Shown one piece after another: positions 35,701-48,528 of a stretch of DNA of 64,000 bases (position 1 is its first letter; each line of letters starts with the position of its first letter). The notes beneath the pieces are model-generated. The model had not been told where the DNA came from. It saw only the letters and a program-made list of their open reading frames with translations, and did not search any database. Position numbers and translations under genes: made by a program. Source of the stretch: Tubulanus polymorphus (taxonomy: Eukaryota; Animalia; Nemertea); NCBI RefSeq assembly GCF_964204645.1, contig NC_134035.1:11068451-11132450 (forward strand), in the 5' to 3' direction.

Positions 35701-38700
35701 AAATAGTCCTATGTTATGGACGGATTGGAATAATTTCGATGAAATTTTTTTTACGCTTCCCATTGCAACATTTGAACCAGTTAGGCAGAAACCCGTTATC
35801 GTTGCTATACAGCTATATTTTTAGTGTTGAATTCTCTTTCGTCAATACACGGACATGGACAACAAAATCTAGCGGTCGCGTGTTATCAAACCTACCCCCA
35901 TCAATCCGTAAAGCTCACGTAATAAACCGTTGATCATATTTTTCTGCGCAGTTATGAAGTTACTGATGCAATCCTTGAACAGCGATACAGACATCTCAAA
36001 TAACAGCGGTAGTTCATCTTTCAGCTGCGCGTTCAACGCTTCATAATTCCTCTTCGTCAATTCCAGGTTTTCCTTTGCCTGAAAGTAATTAAATACGCTG
36101 AAAGTACTTTATAATTCCAGTTTTGGGGCCAATGAAAAACGTGAATTTGGCTGATACTGAATGATAATTCCACAGAATTTGAGTTAGATTGAGCTAAGTT
36201 GTTCTCTGTTGGCGTTTGAAGGAGTTTTGAAATTCATACCTGTCTAAGTTGGTCGGGATCTTTCGCTCGTCGTTCCGCGCTCGTCGAGCCGATGTAATCG
36301 AGTAATTTGTCGTAGCGTTTCTTGATGAGTTTGTGCGGTCCGTGGAACATAGCGATGAGTTTCAACAGCGGTCCTGATACTTGATCATCGGTCTCGTCAT
36401 TCTGAAGATCAGAAAGTGACAGAAGAGAAATTACCATGTGATACCCTGGCACTTGAACAATCAACACTCTACCGTTAAGCATAATTTGTTTCAATTTTTC
36501 CGAAATTCCATCAAAGACCATGAATGTGAATTGATATGTGATATAAATGAAGCTGCTTTTGAAAATCTCATTATCAAAATGTTCGCTGCGCAGGGTGGAA
36601 AGTCGCAATTAGGTTAAGTTAAGCATCTTACCCGAGAACCAAAATGTACGGGATTTGAACCTATAAGCCCTGACCCAGAGTGAAAACACTCTAACCACTC
36701 ACACATACCCCTCTACTTCATAGAAACTTACAAATTGTCGATAAAGTGTCGTAGCGATCGCGTTCATCGCGTCTTGATATTGTTTGACTTCCTGTTGACG
36801 GCCTTCGTCAGCATAGAAATCTTCGATATTAGCAGAACAAACTTCAGCAGCGTGGCTCCAATCCTGTAATCAATGATAAAACTTCAAACTCACAAATATA
36901 TCATCCTCTCGAAGATATCTAAAGAACAAGGAAACTGCGTAGATACCTTGACTTGTTCCATGTAAGTTGCCAATCCACGTAGAAATAGTTTGATCGCTTT
37001 ATCGAGTCCTTTGAATTTCTCTTCTTCTTGGTTAAATTCTTCATCGACAGTCTGTAATCAAGAGCAAACATGTATTTCACGCTCTCAGCTGACAAGCGAC
37101 CACGAGTTTTCCCTGATTTTTCCAATGTTATAACACAAAATTCCCCGAGTGAATCAGAAAAATTTGTAGGTTTAAAATGTAACAATCTATTCATTTCTAT
37201 ACGGTTCAATTATTGATAGAGAAACAAGTGGTCAATAGCATCCGCAGTTTTCAAGATTTTTTTGCAAAATTTGTCAAATTCCCAGGTTTTACAGGTGCAA
37301 TGTACTAGCGTAGTCCATCACCGACTATACCTCTTTAGTACTTCTACACCGTGATGAGACGAAACGTTCGTTACTTATATTTCACTACATTCGACAGGTG
37401 CTGCCAGTGGCCGACCAGTCTAATTTTGCAGGACCAAAAAATTTACCCTTTGCGAATATATGCGAATTCCTCAGGGGGCAGGGGTTTAGTCGGAGCAGGG
37501 ATTGTTCATTATCACGATCAACTCAAGTAAGAAAATTTAATATATATTGTCCACGGCATGCAATAATCTATTAAGGCAATCGACTCGGGTTCTACTGTCT
37601 TGCCAGTAAAGATTTAATAGATCAATAAATTCTCTCTCCAGATACGTGAACTCCGAGGCAGTCGGAGCAATAGTCTACCATATAAGTGTTGCACCTCCTA
37701 CCTGACTGCTTCCAAGACCCAAATTTGTAGAAAGTCGCGCACCCATACGAACTCCCTTTTTCTTGATTGAATGTATGTTTAATTTCGATATCTTGTCACT
37801 CAAACTGCTGTCAGCGTCCTTACGATATTTATACACTACAATACAAACAAAATATAATATCAATAAAAAACGTTAAACCTCGTATTCATAAAAAGATTTT
37901 GACTTCAAGGGGATGCTAGCTTGAATAACCATTAATGAACAATATTTGTGTTGATTATATAAATTTCCCTGATTTTTAGCTTTCTTACAAAATTCCCTGA
38001 CAATTCCCTGACTTTACTAAAGAAATTCCTCTGACTTCCAGGTAAGTGGCCACCTGTAATATTCATCATCACAAATAATGAATATGACTTAAGGATATTG
38101 TCGAATAAATTTTAGCTCGAAGGAATCATGTTCAATGACCAGTCTACACTACCTAAATCTTTGCGTCTCTTATACTCATTAATGGCGGTCGCTACATCGG
38201 TCATCGCGTTAATCGCCTGCAGTAATTCCGGTTTATCCGGATGAGTATCCTCCGTATTCTGTAGAGAGAAAAACATTCCCAAACAATTTTTCGGTGATTA
38301 CTAGTACCAATTAGAGTCAAAAGATGCCAGCACTTCACATCTTCGCATGGCAGGGATTCGTATGGAATGGAATTGTGTAACTCCGCAATGGCACGAGAGC
38401 AAGTCCCAGTGCGCAGGTGTGCAGTCATTATGTCATTATTAGCCATTAGATTTCACAGATCACATTTCATTTTTAGCTGTGGTTATAGCTATCTGCGAGT
38501 TTATAAAACAGGCAGTCCAAAGGGCGCCAGGCGTGCAGATAATCCTGCACACCTGGGTCTAATGACGCAGGGTTTCACGATGCCATCAGGTTAGAATCGC
38601 CCGTATTAATGACACTCGGCAAAGCTTACCTTAACTAGTTCATTAATCAGAAGAGGATACTTGAGTATACGTTGAACCGGTTTAATTAACAAAGATCCGA

Positions 38701-41700
38701 GGTCAAAAACGCCGGTATGTTGTTTTATGAGCTTGATCCCGTCTTGTATGTAGTTTTGAATTTCTGGATTGTCTTCGTACTGAAAATATGAACGAACGAG
38801 TATTGAGCGAAAAAGCGACATCGATTAAAAATGCAGCGCACGCATTTCTCTCTCACGACGGACACCGACCTTTTCCAGTAATGTTAACACATCGTCGTGA
38901 TTACGGCAGTATTGGGCATAAACTTTCGTCATATCATCGGCCATTTCGATAAAACATGGACCTGAAACATTAAATGATCATTATAGGAAAACCATGACCG
39001 GCAAAGACTGATATTAATTCCAGAATATCAGAGTCAATGAGCTGAACTCACAGTTAGTTGATGATATAACAGTTTATTTTCTGACAGTTTCAAAGTTTTG
39101 ACTAAATTTCATCATCAGAGAAACTAAGATAACATAACAATTATTATTATGTAATTTTTGTTTCTCTAATGATGAAGTTCAGTCAAAACTTCGAGAAACT
39201 GTCGAAATAAACTGTGGGTTTTGCTCAATAAATAGTAAAATCTGTTCACTAAATACAGGTATAATCAGAGATGGCATTGGAGACAATGGATTTGTACAAA
39301 TGTTTCCTGATATTGGAAAATTGTGGCTAAAACGATGCCGATTAACGTTTCACTTACCGACAACCTGTTTCTCAAATGATTTACCATACATCGCGCCTTC
39401 GATTAACGTCAACAGTTTCTCAGACACGTCGACCACGTCTTCAATATTACCGAATAGAACATCAGTATCAACAGCAGAACACTGAAACAATACAATTAAA
39501 ACGTGGGTATCAACAGAAGAACAATGAAACAATACAATTAAAACGTGGGTATCAACAGCAGAACAATGAAACAATACAATTAAAACGTGGGTATCAACAG
39601 CAGATCAATGAAACAATACAATTAAAATGTGGGTATCAACAGCAGAACGATGAAACTCCATGTATCTTAGTTGTCAAATAAAACGTTTTGATCCGTGTAA
39701 ACTGAAGATGAATGAAGGAGTTCCACAATAGAATTTTATAAGATGAAATCTATTGAAATGAAACCCCAACATTTCGGCTGCCAACTCCCCGAACAGCTAT
39801 CATCAGGTGGAATGACCAGAAGTAGAAGTATCAGAAGCATATAAACTTCTGTTAGCGTCCTGTGAGTTTATAGGCTTACTCACTTCTGCTTCTGGTCATT
39901 CCACCTGAGTCAGATGTTAGTGAAAAGGTTAGTGAACAGCCAAAACGTTTTGGTTACATTTCAATAAATTTTATCGTATAAAATTCAATTGCGTGGGACT
40001 TCTTCATTCATCCATATATCTTATAGCTGAGGACTTACCTTATTGGCAGATGCGGATAAAAATGTTTCGCAGATCAGGTGCAAATCTTTCAAATAATCCT
40101 TCTCGGTATCGACGAGCTCACGTAGCACTTGTATTCGTTTATCGTGCATTTTCGTTCTCATTTCTTCGAGGCGTCGTTTCGCGTTTTCTTGTTCTCGTTG
40201 CTGCTGTTCTAGTAATTTGATTCCATCGTCGACGTCTCCTCCACCGGCGGCGACGTTATCACTCGTTACACCGCCAGCGCATGATTCAAACTGTTTTGCT
40301 GTTTCTGTTAAAATAAAACATGTTTTTTTAGTTGTCGTTGTTGTTGAAAAAACGGCTCAAATGCTGAAATGTTCGTTTAAGTAAACCACAGGATGAATAC
40401 CCGTGGTAACAATGCAGTTTTGAGTGTTTCTACATCTGTTACCCATTAGGAAACAGGTTTGCCATCGTGATAATACAGTGTCGCCCCCACTTGCCACTAG
40501 GGCTGTTACATAGTCAGGCTTTATCCAAAATTGACCAATGCGCAATGAGAATGAAGCTGAGTTTATTCACACGGCCTGAGTGCAAATAGGAAGAATCAGG
40601 TATGACTCCATAGGTACATAGTGTACAAGGTACATAGTGGCAATGGTCGTAGAACCAGAATTATGAGATATCTCATAATCGACAGCGGACATGTTAACTT
40701 GAACAAAATTATGATCGATTGATCCCAGAAAAGGAAACCTATCGATTTTGGCCGACTGAGTCACACTTTATCAAATATTCTGAACTGTATATCGTCCCAA
40801 CTGCATGGATCCTCTCAATATCAAAGATCGCAATATGGCTGCCACAGGATTGGACCACATATTGAACTGACTTAAGTCACAGGGCTTACAAATACATCAT
40901 CAATGACCACTGACCATACAAACAATGTCACTGACCCCCAATAAGTGCCAGTTTTCTGTTATTATCCCGTGCTTTAGATTATACCTGTCAATGAGTCGAG
41001 TTCTTCCGTAAGTCCTTTGATGTTGGCGTCGTAGAATTCGATGATTTCACGAACTTCGCGTTCTTCGTCTTCATTTTTCACGCGACACAATTTCAGGACG
41101 GTCTCTTGTTTTGATTGTATACAACTCTGTAATAAAGAAGGAATATAAGTAATGAGTCACAGGAACAGTAGACAAATCAATACATATCATAATTCAGATA
41201 TGTGGATTAAACTTGAATGAATAATATAATTCAAGTTTTATGCGTATATAATAAATGAATGATCCCCATGTACGTGGTTTTCTCTGACGCGAAGAATCCA
41301 ATCAATTAACGCAGTCAAATACGTCAGACATAAATGGAAACTGTTTGATTTTAAGAGCGATCTAGCAATGTCAACAAATTTTCCTGATATAGCTTTTTAA
41401 AAAATTCCTGCATTCCCTGACTTTTTCAAAGAAAAGAAAATTCACAGACTTTTCCCTAATTTCTAGCTAAGTGGCCACCCTGATAAGAAATCTCTTGTAA
41501 TGTCTGCTCTTTGAACTGGAGAAGTGTCAATGAATATAGCTTGAAATAACTATATTCATAATGTTTGCTTCAGCAAGATTTTTTTTGGGGGGGCAGGGCA
41601 TTGAGCGGGTTTGATCTTTCTTTTTTCCAATAGGGGAGAGACCAGGGAAGAACCTTCGACCAAGAAACTCTGTCGCCACCAGGATTTGAACCCATAAACC

Positions 41701-44700
41701 CTGGATTGACGAGACCAGTGACCGGCGGCTTAAACCACTCGGCCACCGCCCCTCTCAGCAAGATGACTGAGACTATGATCACATCTAAGATATATCAGAA
41801 AACATCGATTTTTCGTGCATAAATATTTTACCTCTAGATCGTTCCTTATGACCGAAATACGATTTTGCACATCTTGCGCAACCTCTGCATTTTCTTCTTC
41901 ACTGGTAACTGAAATGAAGCAGAAAATCTAAATATCAGTGCTATGTACGGATTACTCAAACTCATAGCACTCAAAGCCATCTGAGAACAACTAAATAGTT
42001 ACCAATTTTCATTTGGAAAAATGTGAGCAATTTTTGAATAGATTGATTAATCTACTGCTATATTTCCATATAACATGAACTGAGAATGACTATAGTATAA
42101 ATGTATACGCTAACTTTACTACATGTATTTTCATTGGGACAATAAATTCATTACCGGTATACAAAGTCAGCCACCTGGAACAAACTACCTTATTAAATTC
42201 AAGCGCCACGTATTATATAAACAATAATTCTTTAAATTCCAGCACCAAATGTTACATATTAGCCATAACTTATGAGGTGTGACTGGAAATGTTTTAGCGC
42301 CCTCATTTCGAAGTATTTAATGAAACCTTTCATTATGCAATATTGCAATATTGCTACAAACCGGCTTATCATCCACGAATATTTCCGCAGTTGTTCTGTT
42401 CAGTTTCTAAGCTAGTTATGGGTCAAAAAGACTAAAAAATATTTAAGAGTCTAAGTTGGCAGTTTTATGAACTTTATCTGTTTATATCGGCAGGGCTCCA
42501 CATTATAAATGTCTTGGAGCTTCAATTCAAGTACACCACATGTTACAAAAAATACTTCAATACCCATTCAAACGTCTAAAAGCACCACAAGTTATTAACG
42601 AAATTCGATTAAAACTCTAATAACTAATCTAATTAAACACTCACCGCTTACTGAAACATTCATTAATTCATCATCTGACAACACGACTGGAACAAGAGGT
42701 TGTTCCTTTCTAGCGGGGACTGGAGCTGGACGTTGCGGTACCGGTCGCTTGCCCGAATCGACGGAAACCGGCCTAAGAACCGGATGCGGTCGAGCCGGTC
42801 GTTTCGGCGGCATCGGTTTCCTCGCGCCCGGCGGTTGAACGTACCACGACGTGTTCGACACGCCCGTCTGAAACAGATCGCCGAACTCGCTGGCGTACGA
42901 ATCGTCGTCCGTTTTCACCGCCCACGGATTATCGCCCGTGATCAACGAACGATGCGGTAACGGAGGAATCGGCGGGGCGACGATTCTTTTCGAATCGGAT
43001 TGCCGGTCTCCCTCGTCGACGCTGGACGCGCGTAAACGAGCTTCCTGTTTAGCGCGGCTCATTTCACCGGCGACGATCTCGTCGAGGCTGCTGTTGACGA
43101 TATGTCGTTTGTCGTGAATCAGCGGCGGACGTTTCGGACGATTCGTTCGATGACTAGAGATGATATCAGCCGGTCGCGATGGCGCCGGAACGTCAACGGT
43201 CGACGACCCGGTGGTATCCGATACCGGTATCGCATTCGTATTAACCAGACGTTTATCGACGTTAGTAAGCGATTCGGTCGAACTGTACGGACTGGCTTTA
43301 GGACTCAACGATCTTCCTCTCGATGCAGTGGATTGTTTCGTCGTCGAGAGCTGAGGTTTTGGCGGCAGCGGAGGCTTCGGCGACGATCCACGCGAGGACG
43401 ACGGCGACGAAACCGGCGATAAAGCCGTCCCGCGCGAGGCCGACGTGTGCCGTTCGATTTCGGCATTCGTTTCATCGTCGAGAGGTAACGCGGCGGCCAT
43501 ATTCGCGACGACCGGCGTCTCTTCGTGCGTACGTATCGAAGGTAACGCCGTTCTCTCAGATTTCAGCGCGTCGTTTTTGCGAATGATCCGCACGAAATCG
43601 ACGGGGCACGAACCCGTGTTGCCGAACGCGTCTTTCGCCTCGTACCAGTTCGCGTCGATTTGACGCACGATTCGAACGATGTCGTCTTCTTTCAATGACA
43701 AGTCGCCGACGCAATCCGTACGGAAATCGTAACGCACCAAACCGTAACAGTTTTCGACGACGACTTCCACCGATTCCGATTCGGAATCATCGCCGCCGTG
43801 CGGGAGATCGTTCTGATTCGCCGATTCGTTTTTGTTTTCGATTCCCGTTTGCCGTCGAAAGTCGTCGCGATTTACCGATTCCCGTTGAACGTCATTCGGA
43901 TAAACCGATTCATATTCGTTTTCGGGATTCCTCGATTCGGAAGTTCGTCGAACCGATTCCTCGTCGTACGGTCGTCCGTTCTCGGCGCCGGCGTACGGAC
44001 AATCGACGATTATATTCACGTAACTGGTCGGCACAATTCCGCGACGCGAGTCGATCTCCGCCGTCGTCCACTGCGAGTCGACGTGCGATATCAATTTGAC
44101 GATTTCGTTCTCGCCGAACGACAACTCGTCGTCGTTCTGCGCGGTGAACGCGTACAGCGTGCGTCCGTACGACTCGACGACGGCGTCGTGCGATCGCGTG
44201 TTCTCCTGATTAAACGACACCGCGCGATTACGATCGTCGTGACGATCGTATTCCGCCGGCTCAGACCCGCGTTTATAATTATTGTTATTCAGATTCGGTA
44301 AATAATCGGCTGAATCGATTTCCTCCTCGTCTCCGATCTCTTTATAGCTCGCTGTTTTACCGTAGGACGTCAGCGTGCTAGAGCGACGCGGTCGGTTCTC
44401 CGGCGCGAACACCTCGTCGAACAAACGTCGATCGACGACGTCGACGAACGCCAGCGGGAATATCCCCGAGTCGCCGTTGTCGCATTCGCCGACGAAGAAA
44501 TCCTCGTCGACCGTTCCGACGATTCGCACGACGTCGTTTTTACGGAAACTCAACTCGTCGTCGAGTTGCGCCGTGAGATCCATGTTCGCGATGGCTTCGA
44601 CGACGCGTCGGTCACCGGCGGCGGCGGCTTCGGACGGCGTCGCGATATGATTCGTAGTTCGGTCGTTCTCTCGAACGTTTTCGTCGTCAGCGCGCAACGC

Positions 44701-47329
44701 TACCGCGCGTACGAGCGACAGCGGGAATATCCCCTCGCGATTTCCGATCTGGCCCTTCCACCAATTGTCGTCAATAGGCTGCAGTCCGAGAATAACTTCG
44801 CCTGAAATTTGGAATATACATCGAAGGATTATTCAAGATTTCTCTATGAAAGATAAACGGTAAGTCAGTTAACCCTTTCAGTGCTGACTAATCAATACCC
44901 TAGTGCTGGAGATAATTTGAAAATTTTGAAAAATTCCACCCTAGTGTGTTGAACAACGGGTATACGTCTATACACTGCAGCGTGGTGTATCGTTAGTTAC
45001 TTATATTTCACTGTTTGACAGGTGCTGCCATCTTACAATAGAGACAAAAACTATTAACTAGTTACCCCGATACACCGCAATGTGGTGTACTAGCAAAATC
45101 CATCACTGACTTATAAACTGCACTGCGGTGTAGACACACTAAAAGGGTTGAATACATAGATTTTTATTCTGTTTTTAATCAGCAAATCTATTTGATTAGT
45201 TTTCGTACAGATAATAATGCAGAATTTAGAATCATCATAGACATTAATCAGCATAGACAGTAATCTTATACATAGGTTATCTATGATTTCATGTATTTCA
45301 TATATGGAATCAAAGAAACCATCAAAATTCAGATTATGTTGCAATCAGTAACCGTATACCAAAACAAGGTTCATAGTAGTAAGGCCAAGGCAAAAACACT
45401 TCAAGCACTTTTTGATAGAAAAAGTAGGCACTTTTGTAGGAGAAAAGTGACACTTTTCTCTTCATTCAAAGCTGCAGCTATATTGCTAATCCACAACATA
45501 AATCATTAGAAAATAATATGGGATAACTAAAGTAAGCACTTTGTAAACACTTTTTAATTTTTTTTCAAAGCACCTATTTCAAGGCACTATGGAAAACTCT
45601 CCAAACAATGAACCCCGTAAAAAGCCTAAAAACACCCGACTGTCAAAATTAACGAACTATGTCAAACTGAAGCATAATCAGTGTCAAGAGGGTTAAACTA
45701 ATGTACATTCATTTATCAATTTGCCTAGCATGAATAAAAACACTGTAATTTGTTTTTCATGCAAACGACGTAATAACAAACAGAGTAATTGCTACAAAGT
45801 ACTTCAATTTCGGTGATGTGTGATGATAAATACGAAACGCTTTTTTCATGATAAGATTTCATATGTTTTGGAATGTGAATTTCTCTCTCAATTTTGTTGG
45901 TATCAGCTCATCGCTGATGTATTCAGTTCAGATGTCCTCCGTTGCTTATTTTCCAGGAAGGATTTGCGTCGTATTTTGCGCAGTAAAAACATATAAAAAA
46001 CGGTGATGGATTTTAACCCATTTATTTTTCTGAGAATCAATTTTTTTTTCTCTCATGCGCGTACATCTGCAAACGATGCATATAGTCCTGGACATGGTGT
46101 ACATAAAAATGGGCATTCCTGTAGGTAATCATCCCTCTGCGCTATCAGGAAACAGAACTCAGATGACCTTCATTCTTGTCAGATGACGTGATTCATTAAT
46201 AATAATTCCATCATTAGTACATCACACAGGAAAAATCGTATAAGCATTTCTGCGTTTGATCCATTCCACCTGATGATAAACGATGAATGTCAGGTGTAGA
46301 TCCAGGGGGTCCTAGGGGAATGCGGCGAGACCCTCAATATCTAGTCCTCTTAAAGGGACTCTATATGAAAATGAGCAAACGAATGTAAAAAAATATTTGA
46401 ATGCTCTGTAAACTAAAGGCACGAATCAATTGAAAATTCATTAAAACGGTATAGAAGTTTCTCTGTCAGTATCCCAAAGAAGACCCTCAGAAAATACAAA
46501 GATGACTCAAGTTTTAGGCAATTTTTAAAGTCCAATACTATAGACATAAAAGTTTTCAATTCAAAATGTCTCAAGTTCTAAACAGCATTTAAGTTGTATG
46601 TGTATATGTATGTGTTATGTTTATGAATGTCGTTATTAAATCCGTATTATGTCATTTTTCTTCTCTTTATTTTCATCTTGTGTATATTTTGTCCTCTTTT
46701 CTAGGGCTGCTTTCTTGTATAAGCTAATTGTTGCTGCAAAGCAGTCCCTCTTTTAATATTATTACATCTTTAATGTATTTCCTTACTCATCGATTTTGTA
46801 AAAATTTTACTTGAAAATAAATCATATCATATCAAATCAGAAAGAAAAGTAGAAAAGGCCTAAGAATTAGTACAGATACCAGGATCCGGTTCCACAGTTG
46901 TGAGTAAGAGTTAACTCTGAATTAAGATTAGTTCATTTTCAATGTTTTAACTCAAATCTTTAAAACTGCGGAACTGGATCCAGTACACCGATTTCAACTA
47001 GGCCTAACTTACGATCTCTCAATCATTCATCATTTACCTTTTTTGAATCCGAGGTCGCCGGCTTCTTGTTTCGGAAAATGTTCGGTCGCGACGAACAACC
47101 GCTGCCCGGGCGCCGGCTCTGGTACGGATAGAAACTTCACGAAATTAATCGGAAAACTACCGCGCTTGCCGTCGTTGACCGAGCCGTAATACCACTCATC
47201 GTTTATTCGACCGGTCACTTCGATTATGTCACCGACGCCGAACGAAACGTCGCCGATTTCATCGGTTTTGAAGTCGTACGTCGCCTGAGCAAAACGTCGA
47301 CTTATCGGTGCCGGGAATGTAGAATCCAT
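32746..47329 (-). CDS. DNMBP: Dynamin-binding protein / Tuba (N-terminal SH3 array, DH RhoGEF, BAR, two C-terminal SH3)
   Basis: 18 coding exons: 47329-47038, 44801-42645, 41908-41832, 41126-40985, 40304-40039, 39481-39358, 38961-38870, 38779-38630, 38258-38153, 37835-37702, 37051-36947, 36863-36732, 36401-36240, 36078-35896, 35343-35149, 34312-34105, 33860-33574, 32931-32746. DH motifs ELVDTEKDYL, LFGNIEDV, LGSLLIKPVQRILKYPLL, INEYKRRKDLV. BAR motifs GPHKLIKKRYDKLLDY and NYEALNAQLKDELP. C-terminal SH3 motifs DPMGSKERWFVDNG and GNTEWW..GYVPGNYL. A probable non-coding first exon ends at the donor near 47866. Confidence 0.93.
33964..34096. repeat. GA-rich low-complexity tract
   Basis: Almost pure G/A run in a DNMBP intron. 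It explains the spurious Ser/Pro/Leu and Gly/Glu/Arg ORFs here. Confidence 0.9.
36645..36711 (-). pseudogene. tRNA-derived SINE head (degenerate)
   Basis: Minus strand GGGTATGTGTGAGTGGTTAGAGTG...ATAGGTTCAAATCCCGTA has A- and B-box-like motifs. A similar B-box remnant lies at ~25148-25175. Confidence 0.45.
39069..39215. mobile_element. Foldback element with a hammerhead-like core
   Basis: Inverted arms. The left arm on the minus strand reads CTGATGA-tgaaatttagtcaaaacttt-GAAA-CT-GTC-agaaaataaa. Confidence 0.6.
39465..39655. repeat. 42-bp tandem repeat (~4.5 copies) spanning a DNMBP splice acceptor
   Basis: Unit GTATCAACAGCAGAACAATGAAACAATACAATTAAAACGTGG. Confidence 0.93.
39707..40012. mobile_element. 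~300-bp foldback element with a hammerhead-like core
   Basis: Long imperfect inverted repeat. The left arm on the minus strand reads CTGATGA-tagctgttcggggagttggcagcc-GAAA-tgttggggtttc. Confidence 0.6.
41578..41752 (-). mobile_element. tRNA-derived SINE
   Basis: Head GGGGCGGTGGCCGAGTGGTTTAAG (A box) ... GGGTTCAAATCC (B box), then a ~90-bp body and an A-rich end. The acceptor stem does not pair, so it is not a functional tRNA. Confidence 0.7.
44869..45151. mobile_element. piggyBac-like MITE, second copy
   Basis: Reverse-complement homologue of 11870-12149; TTAACCCTTTCAGTGC ... CACTAAAAGGGTTGA. Confidence 0.8.
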
Positions 47330-48528
47330 CTCGTGATTCGACCCCAGTCACCACAAATCTATTGGAAATCAGAAAAAAAAACAAATTTTATTTGCTATTC
47401 GAAAATCTTAGCAAAAAAGGTAAGGTCTAGGCCAAGAAGTTCACTTTACCTCAGATTGTTTTTTAAGACTTTGTTTTACAAGCTAGTTTTCCAAAAAATA
47501 CCTAGAAATCCGGATTTATCTAGGCTAGACTCTAATCTAGTGCCATGGCAGTACAGATTACATAATGAATAGGGCCTACTGTCAGTAAGTCAGTGTCAGA
47601 CAGTAGGGCTTTCTATATAGTTGTTCCAGAACCTTACTAGGGGTAGCCAAGTCAGTAACCTGTATTCTTGCGGTTGAGTATCATGATCGTATGTTTTTAC
47701 AATTTGCCGATTCAATTCAATTCAATTCGACTTTCGTTCAGCCAGATTACGCCTTCTGCCTGGCGTCAGATCGTCTGATAACCAGGCTGTGATATCAGTA
47801 GGCCTATACAAAATGATGAATTGTCAAGATTCGCATTATCACTAAACAATGACCGAAGAACTCACCTGATTAGATGAAATACATATCAATTAAAGTCCTT
47901 TTTCAAGAAATAAATGCATCGATGATGACATTTGGGGAGTTAGTACTCTAAGCAATTCAGCAAAACCATTTCCGGGTTCAAAAGTTCAACTTTAAGTAAA
48001 ACACGGATCTAGACTCTATTCTAAATAACGGAATTGGACTTTGTCAAGGTTGTTAACTACGCTCTTCAAAGCGGCAAAGAACGATAGCAAAATGTAAAAT
48101 GTTTTCTTCTTCTCAGTGATTGGTATATTTTCCAAATGCAAAGTTAGAAATTCCGGAGGTTCGAAGAGTAATATTTCGTGACGGTAGCCGATTTTTCGGG
48201 CAAGCTTGGAACGAGGCGAAAAATCGTCCACCGCCCTCTTCAAACGTCCCCGGGCCGGCCACAACTGACGAAATACTTCAAGCGTTCAATATCGATATCC
48301 TCCCGCGCACAAACGGTTCCACCAGGGCACCCAGTTCGGGGAACGGGAGTGAGTTCCGAATCGCTTGACGGATCGAAGATGAACTAGTAGAGGACCAGTG
48401 GATATATTTAAAACTATAAGCGTGATAACGGTTGTGACGACATCAGAATAAAGCAAGGCGTACGTAGTTGTTCATAAGTGAAATTTCTAAACTAATGGCT
48501 TCACATCTGTAGTACGTCTCGGTCACGG

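Noticed and set aside
23605-40012. Idea that hammerhead cores are selectively inactivated on the host-sense strand
   Set aside because: True for 23605-23783 but opposite for 39069-39215 and 39707-40012, so there is no consistent pattern.
41671-41752. Functional tRNA gene
   Set aside because: A and B boxes are present, but the acceptor and anticodon stems do not pair and the sequence runs into a SINE-like body and tail.
42700-44805. Cluster of Arg-rich + strand ORFs
   Set aside because: Antisense shadows of the CpG-rich DNMBP exon.
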